From: Chitinophaga pinensis
GTDB lineage: Bacteria; Bacteroidota; Bacteroidia; UKL13-3
Assembly: GCA_943372215.1 (NCBI GenBank)
Contig: CALRXU020000010.1
Span: 26,423 to 50,422, forward strand
Reading direction: 5' to 3'
DNA length: 24,000 nt
The first letter of the stretch is position 1. Every line of letters starts with the position of its first letter. The position numbers were made by a program, and so were the translations under genes. The notes beneath the pieces were generated by a model, which saw only the letters and a list, made by a program, of their open reading frames with translations, was not told where the DNA came from and did no database searches. Below are positions 16,854 to 24,000 of the stretch, in pieces.

Positions 16854-17489
16854 ATGGCGAGTAAAAGGGTAACAAAACATAAATTTATTAATGAATTAGT
16901 GGAATACGAACGAAACCCTCTAACGGGTAATTTTAATATTTTAGTTATTGGCACATTCAATCCGGCAATTGAAAGGAATAAAGCCAACTGGTTTTATGGG
17001 AGATCGGCAAGTGAGTTTTGGTATTTATTACCCAAAGCATTAAATTTTGATAGCCTTTATCCATCTGATATTGGAGTGAAAATAGAGGATGTTCATACAA
17101 AACAGAAAGCATTTTGCAAGGAGCAAAAAATTGTAATTGTTGATGTGTTTAAAAAAGTAAACATTAAATTGGATGGATATAGGGATAACGAATTACATAC
17201 ATTAGAAGAAAATCAATTTGAAGGATTTGATTATAAAAAAGCATTTGGTGAAGCCAACTTTAAGCTAGTTGCATTTACTTGGAAAACTAAAACTAAAAGC
17301 CATAGGCAAAATAAAATAAGAGAATCAATCATTGCCTTTTTTGCAGGTAAAGGAGTTCCTTGTTTATTGCTTGATTCGCCATCACCATCCCATCAAATTG
17401 GCAGGTACGATAAACTCACAAATTGGCAAGAATCCTTTGAGCCATATTTGGATAGGCTCAAGTTAGTAAAACCAAAATTAGACATATAA
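16854..17489 (+). CDS. Uracil-DNA-glycosylase-superfamily-like protein (MUG/family-6-like motifs); candidate DNA glycosylase
   Basis: Motif 1: ILVIGTFNPAIERNKANWFYGRSASEFWYLL (compare MUG VGINPG...F....NRFW..L and family-6 GSxPS...YY...N.FW). Mid region: IVIVDVFKKVNIKLDGYRDNEL (compare family-6 ..WDV......GSLDS.I). Motif 2: LLLDSPSPSHQ (compare LPNPSGLS and LPSTSPAN). The comparison sequences are recalled from memory, not searched. Confidence 0.5.
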   Translation: MASKRVTKHKFINELVEYERNPLTGNFNILVIGTFNPAIERNKANWFYGRSASEFWYLLPKALNFDSLYPSDIGVKIEDVHTKQKAFCKEQKIVIVDVFKKVNIKLDGYRDNELHTLEENQFEGFDYKKAFGEANFKLVAFTWKTKTKSHRQNKIRESIIAFFAGKGVPCLLLDSPSPSHQIGRYDKLTNWQESFEPYLDRLKLVKPKLDI

Positions 17490-17501
17490 TTACTGAAGGA
17501 T

Positions 17502-19160
17502 ATGACACAAAAAGACCAACAACAGTTAGGTAAAACCCTTTGGGATATAGCAGATAACTTACGTGGAGCAATGAACGCGGATGATTTCCGTGATTATATG
17601 CTTTCGTTTCTTTTTTTAAGGTATTTGTCTTACAACTACGAAGAGGCAGCAAAGAAAGAACTGGGAAAAGATTATCCTGAAACAACCGACAATCTCGTAA
17701 AAGATTTTGGTGTAACTACCCCACTTCAATTGTGGTATGAAAGTAATTTAGATGAAATAGCTGAATTTGAAAAACAAATGCGCAGAAAGGTGCATTATGT
17801 TATTGAACCAAGTCATTTGTGGAGCAATATCACTGAAATGGCTCGTACACAAGACTCAGAGTTATTGGTTACACTTGAATCGGGCTTTAGGTATATAGAG
17901 AATGAATCTTTTGCAAGTGCATTTCAAGGCTTGTTTTCTGAAATTAATTTGAATTCTGAAAAACTTGGGAAAACACCAGTAGAAAGAAACAAGAAACTTT
18001 GCACCATCATTCAGAAAATTGCGGAAGGTATTGCAGATTTTTCTGCTGATTCCGACACACTTGGCGATGCTTACGAATATTTAATTGGCGAATTTGCAGC
18101 AGGCTCAGGCAAAAAAGCAGGTGAATTTTATACGCCTCAACAAATATCTAAAATATTATCTAAAATAGTAATATTAGATAGTCAGGACCCGACAACTGGG
18201 CCAAAACTAAAGTTAGATAGAGTACTTGATTTTACATGTGGTTCAGGTTCATTATTGCTAAATATACGAACGCAATTAAAAAAAGCAACTAAAAGCAAAG
18301 GAACAATAGGCAAAATTTACGGACAAGAAAAAAACATTACCACCTATAACCTTGCCCGGATGAACATGCTTTTGCATGGCATGAAAGACACCGAGTTTGA
18401 AATTTTTCATGGAGATACTTTAGAGAATCAATGGCCTCTGCTTAATGAAATGAACCCAAGTAAAAAGATGGAGTTTGATGCCATTGTAGCCAATCCGCCA
18501 TTTAGTTTACGTTGGGAACCAACTGATGTACTGGCAGAAGATTTTCGTTTTAAAAGTTATGGTTTAGCACCTAAATCAGCCGCGGATTTTGCTTTTTTAT
18601 TACATGGTTTTCATTTTTTAGGGAAAGAAGGAACCATGGCCATTATTTTACCACATGGAGTTTTGTTCCGTGGTGGAGCAGAGGAACGTATTAGAACCAA
18701 ATTGCTAAAAGACAATCATATTGATACGGTCATTGGTTTACCTTCAAACTTATTTTACTCAACAGGTATTCCAGTCAGCATTTTAATTTTGAAAAAGTGC
18801 AAAAAACATGATGATGTTTTATTCATTAACGCAAGTGAACGCTATGAAAAAGGGAAACGCCAAAACACGTTAAGAGATGGAAAAGAAGCAGGAGAACGCA
18901 ACGATATTGATGATATTGTAAACACCTATAAAAACCGTCCAGATTACATTGAGCGTTACGCACGCAGGGTGTCAATGGACGAAATAGAAAAGAATGGTTA
19001 TAACTTAAACATTTCAAGGTATGTAAGCACCTCCATTGATGAAGTAAAAATTGATTTGAAAGAGGTGAATGAAAAATTGACTGAAATAAATAAAAGTATA
19101 AAAGTGAATACAGACAAACACAATAAATATCTAAAAGAGTTAGGATTGAATTTAATTTAA
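17502..19160 (+). CDS. hsdM: Type I restriction-modification N6-adenine DNA methyltransferase subunit
   Basis: HsdM N-terminal domain (LWDIADNLRGAMNADDFRDYMLSFLFLRYLS), AdoMet motif I (VLDFTCGSGSLLL), catalytic motif IV (IVANPPFS), and GEFYTP. Confidence 0.95.
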   Translation: MTQKDQQQLGKTLWDIADNLRGAMNADDFRDYMLSFLFLRYLSYNYEEAAKKELGKDYPETTDNLVKDFGVTTPLQLWYESNLDEIAEFEKQMRRKVHYVIEPSHLWSNITEMARTQDSELLVTLESGFRYIENESFASAFQGLFSEINLNSEKLGKTPVERNKKLCTIIQKIAEGIADFSADSDTLGDAYEYLIGEFAAGSGKKAGEFYTPQQISKILSKIVILDSQDPTTGPKLKLDRVLDFTCGSGSLLLNIRTQLKKATKSKGTIGKIYGQEKNITTYNLARMNMLLHGMKDTEFEIFHGDTLENQWPLLNEMNPSKKMEFDAIVANPPFSLRWEPTDVLAEDFRFKSYGLAPKSAADFAFLLHGFHFLGKEGTMAIILPHGVLFRGGAEERIRTKLLKDNHIDTVIGLPSNLFYSTGIPVSILILKKCKKHDDVLFINASERYEKGKRQNTLRDGKEAGERNDIDDIVNTYKNRPDYIERYARRVSMDEIEKNGYNLNISRYVSTSIDEVKIDLKEVNEKLTEINKSIKVNTDKHNKYLKELGLNLI

Positions 19161-19265
19161 GAACAAGATGTATTTGTAACCACAGAAAGCCTTGATTTAC
19201 TGGTGTTTACAAGTGATAGCTGTAAAAAGGCTATTCCTGATTTTGGAAATGAATTCCTATAAAAA

Positions 19266-19304
19266 CCAAAGCGGCTGTTTCAACAATTGAAACAGCCGCT
19301 TTGG
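19266..19304. terminator. Bidirectional intrinsic terminator between convergent hsdM and the large secreted-protein gene
   Basis: Perfect hairpin ccaaagcggctgtttcaa-caa-ttgaaacagccgctttgg (18-bp arms). An A-run lies upstream (aaaaa) and a T-rich tract downstream (tattggtttt). Confidence 0.8.
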
Positions 19305-19326
19305 CAATATTGGTTTTAACAATTAA

Positions 19327-22300
19327 TTATTCAATCAATATTTTTTCTGTGTAAACAGCACCGTTGTTATCCATTACTTTCAGGTAGTACTTGCCTGGTT
19401 TAAGGTTGGTTTTATCCAAGCTTACTTCCTCTGCAAATACTTGTTCTTGCTTGTACACTTCAATGCCTGTTTCGGTGTAAATAACGCATGCGCTAATTAA
19501 GCCCTTATCAGTTTCTGCCAGCTTCATTAACTTAACCACTGTATTGTTAGAAACTGGATTTGGGTAAACACTCAGGTATCGGCTATCACTGTTAAAGTAA
19601 CTAATTACATGCGTTAATTTATTGGTAATTACTGGTTCTTCATAATCAAAAACAATGGCTGCCTGATTATCAATTGCAGTACCTTCAGGTAAATGTGCAT
19701 TTGGCAAAATGGTGTATTCTACAAACCCATGGCTTCCTGCTTCATCAGTGGTACTATCAGGTAAGTTGATGTTTTCAAAAATGAAGGTTAAATCGTTACC
19801 ACTAATTTCATAGCGCATCAGGTGACTTGCCCTTTTCACTTTAAACGTATTCATGTCTAAGTCGCTTGGAATTGTATTGAATAACCTTGCGATATACACT
19901 GGCGCTGAACCCACATTTTGAAACCTGATGCGGTAAGTTAATTCCTGATCATGTGCAATAAACCTGTTTTTTCCAATTGGGTCTGGATTGGCTATAATGT
20001 CATTTGGATCAATTGGGCCAGTAATTGGAGCAATAAGCAGCTTGGTATTATCAAGCGGGTTTAAATCATTGTTGTTGGTAATGGTAGCCGAAATGTTAAC
20101 CAAAGTACCCGTTGGTTTGGTCAGGTTTACTGAATCAACCAAGGTAATGGTTTGCACACTTCCTTCTGGAATGGCAGTGATGTTCCAAGTATAGGTGTTT
20201 CCAGATTTAATGCTCCATGGTGTACTTGCTGATACCAATATAATGGATGGGTCAAGGGTAAGGGTAATTACTTCAAAACTTCCCGCAAGAGTGCCTTTGT
20301 TTCCATAAGTTAGTAGCATATCATTTTTAAAACCACGCCTTAACGAAGTTGCATCTACATCAACAAACAAATCTTTGCCAGCACTTGCAGGAACCAATCC
20401 AAAATTGCGGTTGGTAAACGTTTGCGCAGCAGCAGTTACGGAGATGGCATGTCCGCCATTTGCAGCAGGAGCTGATTGACTCCAGTATAATGGAGACTCT
20501 TGAGTAATGGTGTAATTGCCAACAGCAGGGTACACGGCAAAACTGTAATTACCATTGTTATCTGTATAAGTAACCGTTGCACCATTGGCTTTAACTTTTA
20601 CATTGGCAATGCCGTTTTCTCCGGCATCTTTTGTGCCGTTGTTGTTTTTGTCATTAAACACCACACCCGAAGCAGTGGAGTGATTATCCTCTGTTAGTAC
20701 CAAAAATTTATTGCAAGCCTGGTTGGTTACTTTTTTAGTTAAACCCGATGGCCATTTAATCACTATCGAATCAATTACCGAGGCATCACCTAAACCAAAT
20801 ACGGCAGCCATTTCGTCTTGGCTTCCAAAACCGCTGTTGCTAATCATTTCACGCATTTGAGTAATTCTTGTACCATTGATTAAAGCCGTTACATAAACCC
20901 TTGCTCCAATGGCATTTTTATTTGATGCAGTTCCCGTTAATTTGATGTTTATCCATTTGTTGGTATTGCCATTATTGGTAAAAAACATGTTTTTATTTTT
21001 GCCATGTGTAGCAATAAACACATCCTGGTCTCCATCTTTGTCATAATCGCACCAAGCTGTGCCAAATGTTTCTCCGCTTGCAGCAATAATAGGGTCTTTA
21101 ACCACTTTGGTAAATGTGCCATTGCCATTATTTTTGTATAAAAACTTAGCTTGGTTGCCATCATTGGCCACAAACAAATCTAACCAGCCATCGTTATCAA
21201 AGTCAACCCAATTGCAACCATGCGAGTTGCCTTTGTCGGTGGCAATTTCTCCAGTTAAAATTCGGGTAAAAGTACCATTGCCGGCATTGTTGTATAAAAA
21301 GTTAACTTCATTGGATGCATTGCTTACAAACAAATCCAGGTCTCCGTCATTGTCATAATCTCCCCAGCAGCTTGCTGTGGAGTTTCCTCCATCAGTTACT
21401 GGCCTGCCAGTAGTTATTTTTGTAAATGAGCCATTGCCATTGTTTTTAAACAACGCATTATTTTGGTTGCCTATATTTTCTGGTCCTCCACCATTCGGAA
21501 TAAACACATCTTGCCAGCCATCATTGTCATAATCAGCCCAAGTTGCGCCAATGGCATAATTCTGGTGTTGGGCAAGCTCATTGTTTAATACGCGGGTAAG
21601 CACCCCACTTCCATCATTGTGGTATAACCTGCAAAATGAAGTAGGCAAGAATTCTGAAACAAACAAATCCAACTTGCCATCTTTGTCATAATCCACCCAA
21701 TTGGTGCCATGTGCATAACCATTATCATCAGTAGCATCTATGCCATTTAGTTTGCCAAATCCTGTGGTTAAATTTTTAAACAGGTTTGATGTTTTGCCCA
21801 AGTTATTTGCGGTGTAAATATCTATCCTGCCATCATTGTCATAATCAGCCACACCCGATGAAACAGTGGATACATAATAATTACTTACGGCAACATTACC
21901 CGTTGTAATTTTGGTGAGTTTGGCATTACCATCGTTGCGGTATAAAATGTTGCCAAGGTTTTTGTTGTACACACTAATGTATAAATCTTGGTCATTGTCG
22001 TTGTCGTAATCAAACCATGCGCCATTCCAGGTATCAATGCTATCTGCAACTACATCACCTGTAGTAAGTTTGGTGAAATAAAAATTGGAGGTGTTGGCCG
22101 CATTATTGGTAATCCCTTCCGATGATGATGATTGCTGAGTAACCCCATTTACAGTGCCGCTAATAATCGTTTCAACAGAAACAACCGTATTGTTGGGAAT
22201 GGGTGTGCCATCATTGTAAGCAGTGTTTAGCTCTACTTTAGTAACTACTTGGTATTGTTTGGTTGGGTCTAAATTGGGTTCGTTGCTAAAAGTAATGGTG

Positions 22301-24000
22301 CTGTTTCCATTGCTTGTGCTAATGGTGCCTTGGTTGGTTTGGTTATTGGTGGCATTAACCAACGTTGACGAAATGGGTGTTGCACCATCTCCAACAAGTA
22401 CGGTAACATCGGTGTTGGTTACCGGGTAACCAGGTGTAATGACAAGGTTTGAAACCACAGTAACCGTATCACCAGGTTTTGCAGTATTGCTTGATGATGA
22501 TGAGGTTTGTTTAAAGTCCTGAACAAGAGAAGTACCAAAATACATCATCCAATTGTCGTTAAAATTGGTGGTCATTACAGAAACCTCATCCGTTGACTCC
22601 ACCAATAGATATGGCCTTTCTGGGCCAGCAGCAGTGGTTCCTGTGCCATTGTATATTTTTCTCCATTCTGTCAAATCAAGCGCACAATCCACGTAACGCC
22701 CAGCCAACATATTGTATGTTCTGTTAATATCTGCACCATTGGTATAGGCATCTTTAACCGTAACCGTGCAGTTGTTTTTTGCGAATAAATAAGCATGGGT
22801 AAATTGGCCATTATACTTTAATCCCGTTGCAGGGTTGGTTACATTGTTTTCGTTTCCGGGAGGAGCCATGTACACCAAAAATTTATTGCCTGCGCAAGTT
22901 CCAAACTCGCTTGATACCATAGTGGCAATATCTGAAGTACCGGGTGAGCCAGTCTCTAACCAGTTGGCCTCAAAAACAGAAACTTTTTTACCAGCAGTAC
23001 ACCTTACCCTGAACACCGTTGGGAAAGTTTGTCCAGCGGTTTTGCCAATCCAATCCGCAGCTTTCAGTTTATTCAGTGGATTGTAGTTTTGTAAATTAAC
23101 CCATGTGCCGTTATTGTAACGTTCTAACACCACCGCATTGTTATCATCCCAAGATACTATCCGTATTTCTTGCTCAGTAGTAACTTGATAAGGTACGGTG
23201 AAATAGAACAACTCACCAGCAGAGCTTCCATTGGATGAAGGTACGTATCCTCCTCCATCTCTTTCATTGCCAAACAATGCACCATATTGTACGGTTACTG
23301 ATTTGCTCGTTTCAATAATATACGTGTGGCCAGTAATTAATAAGTTTCGGGCTTCGGTGTAAAAGTGTATCAGGTCTTGCCCACGACTAATCATTTTTTG
23401 TAATACGACTTCGTTGTTGCCTGCATCCACAGTAGTGTAACCTTGCGCAGTTAATGCAACCGTTGATATTTTACGTACCGTAACCATGGTAGAATCTTCA
23501 TAGGCCATTACATTAATATCGCGGTTTGACGAAGTAACTTTGGGTGCGTAAACAATAAACTTTTGCCCTAACGATGATTTATTGGTAGAAGGTAACCAAT
23601 CATGTTGCCAATCCGAATCCGTTGATTGTGATGCATACACAATGTTGTTGGATGTGATGATAAAGTAATCACCATCTTGTTTGGTAGCACTTTCATTGCT
23701 GTGAGGTGCATCATCATTTACACCATTGTTTCTAATGTAAAGTACATACGATTGTCCGGCCATTAACATGCCTGTTTTGGTATCGTCCCAATCACCATCG
23801 GCACTATCATCTTTAATGGTAAAATACGTACTATCATAAATGGCGGTAACAATTAAGCACACATCCCGCGATACTTTATCGTTATTAGGTGGGACAAAAA
23901 TGTTAAAATACGTGGATGGCTCTCCTGTAGCCATCGCACGCTGAATGGGTATCATGCAAATAAGCATGAGTACGAGTAGAGGGAATGTAATTTTATTCAT
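19327..24000 (-). CDS. Large secreted FG-GAP/VCBS-repeat plus ASPIC/UnbV-type protein with SdrD-B-like and DUF11-like Ig folds and a T9SS C-terminal sorting domain
   Basis: The ATG falls exactly at 23998-24000, followed by a signal peptide (MNKITFPLLVLMLICMIPIQRAMA). There are seven W/V-x-DYDNDG-x-x-D-[LIV]-[FY] repeats, an UnbV-like block (NKNAIGARVYVTA...SGFGSQDE...FGLG), and an SdrD-B-like block (FNDKNNNGTKDAGENGIANVKVKA...TDNNGNYSF). The C-terminus (LSVYPNPVSNNTVVKL...GKYYLKVMDNNGAVYTEKILIE) is typical of Por/T9SS tails. Confidence 0.85.
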   Translation of the reverse strand: MNKITFPLLVLMLICMIPIQRAMATGEPSTYFNIFVPPNNDKVSRDVCLIVTAIYDSTYFTIKDDSADGDWDDTKTGMLMAGQSYVLYIRNNGVNDDAPHSNESATKQDGDYFIITSNNIVYASQSTDSDWQHDWLPSTNKSSLGQKFIVYAPKVTSSNRDINVMAYEDSTMVTVRKISTVALTAQGYTTVDAGNNEVVLQKMISRGQDLIHFYTEARNLLITGHTYIIETSKSVTVQYGALFGNERDGGGYVPSSNGSSAGELFYFTVPYQVTTEQEIRIVSWDDNNAVVLERYNNGTWVNLQNYNPLNKLKAADWIGKTAGQTFPTVFRVRCTAGKKVSVFEANWLETGSPGTSDIATMVSSEFGTCAGNKFLVYMAPPGNENNVTNPATGLKYNGQFTHAYLFAKNNCTVTVKDAYTNGADINRTYNMLAGRYVDCALDLTEWRKIYNGTGTTAAGPERPYLLVESTDEVSVMTTNFNDNWMMYFGTSLVQDFKQTSSSSSNTAKPGDTVTVVSNLVITPGYPVTNTDVTVLVGDGATPISSTLVNATNNQTNQGTISTSNGNSTITFSNEPNLDPTKQYQVVTKVELNTAYNDGTPIPNNTVVSVETIISGTVNGVTQQSSSSEGITNNAANTSNFYFTKLTTGDVVADSIDTWNGAWFDYDNDNDQDLYISVYNKNLGNILYRNDGNAKLTKITTGNVAVSNYYVSTVSSGVADYDNDGRIDIYTANNLGKTSNLFKNLTTGFGKLNGIDATDDNGYAHGTNWVDYDKDGKLDLFVSEFLPTSFCRLYHNDGSGVLTRVLNNELAQHQNYAIGATWADYDNDGWQDVFIPNGGGPENIGNQNNALFKNNGNGSFTKITTGRPVTDGGNSTASCWGDYDNDGDLDLFVSNASNEVNFLYNNAGNGTFTRILTGEIATDKGNSHGCNWVDFDNDGWLDLFVANDGNQAKFLYKNNGNGTFTKVVKDPIIAASGETFGTAWCDYDKDGDQDVFIATHGKNKNMFFTNNGNTNKWINIKLTGTASNKNAIGARVYVTALINGTRITQMREMISNSGFGSQDEMAAVFGLGDASVIDSIVIKWPSGLTKKVTNQACNKFLVLTEDNHSTASGVVFNDKNNNGTKDAGENGIANVKVKANGATVTYTDNNGNYSFAVYPAVGNYTITQESPLYWSQSAPAANGGHAISVTAAAQTFTNRNFGLVPASAGKDLFVDVDATSLRRGFKNDMLLTYGNKGTLAGSFEVITLTLDPSIILVSASTPWSIKSGNTYTWNITAIPEGSVQTITLVDSVNLTKPTGTLVNISATITNNNDLNPLDNTKLLIAPITGPIDPNDIIANPDPIGKNRFIAHDQELTYRIRFQNVGSAPVYIARLFNTIPSDLDMNTFKVKRASHLMRYEISGNDLTFIFENINLPDSTTDEAGSHGFVEYTILPNAHLPEGTAIDNQAAIVFDYEEPVITNKLTHVISYFNSDSRYLSVYPNPVSNNTVVKLMKLAETDKGLISACVIYTETGIEVYKQEQVFAEEVSLDKTNLKPGKYYLKVMDNNGAVYTEKILIE
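21000..22030 (-). repeat. Seven tandem FG-GAP/calcium-binding (DxDxDG) coding repeats inside the large gene
   Basis: A recurring DNA motif cc(a/g)tc(a/t)ttgtcataatc appears at about 21036, 21345, 21520, 21676 and 21830, with diverged copies near 21190 and 22000. Spacing is roughly 150-310 nt. Confidence 0.8.

Noticed and set aside
11170-19260. Island considered as a mobile element (integrative element or transposon)
   Set aside because: The window contains no integrase, transposase, recombinase, tRNA target or terminal inverted repeats. The only flanking similarity is to the OMP-array spacer. I therefore describe it as an accessory island, not as a mobile element.
19988-23086. Several 65-99-aa plus-strand ORFs antisense to the large secreted-protein gene
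   Set aside because: They are shadow ORFs of a 4.7-kb gene with repetitive codon usage, and no motifs are present.
1-24000. CRISPR arrays, tRNA or rRNA genes
   Set aside because: I saw no regularly spaced short direct repeats and no cloverleaf-like or rRNA-like sequences. All intergenic gaps are under 400 nt and are explained by promoters, the OMP relic or the terminator.

Overview
The window looks like Bacteroidota chromosome. It has a T9SS C-terminal sorting domain, TAnnTTTG -7 boxes and little Shine-Dalgarno signal. From 1 to about 10.9 kb the content is ordinary housekeeping and envelope DNA: a 5'-truncated sugar-phosphate nucleotidyltransferase, a hypothetical gene, metG, a small-ORF plus Cys-rich-protein pair, icd, a divergent LysR regulator, an operon of two glycosyltransferases with a tail-anchored receiver protein, and a beta-barrel OMP gene. 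From about 11.17 to 19.2 kb lies an AT-rich accessory island with six co-oriented, mostly overlapping genes: XRE HTH, HsdR, HsdS, a PrrC-like ATPase/anticodon nuclease, a 211-aa protein with uracil-DNA-glycosylase-superfamily motifs, and HsdM. This resembles a prr-type (type I R-M plus latent tRNA nuclease) locus in a non-canonical gene order with an extra glycosylase-fold gene. That extra gene is flanked by a 27-nt duplication of the hsdM 5' end, which reads as an insertion scar. The island's left edge abuts a truncated, frameshifted paralog of the neighbouring OMP gene, and no integrase, transposase or tRNA is present. From 19.3 to 24.0 kb there is one 1557-aa secreted FG-GAP/ASPIC-type protein with a T9SS tail, separated from hsdM by a perfect bidirectional hairpin terminator. 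All family assignments rest on motif recognition by eye, since no database search was possible.
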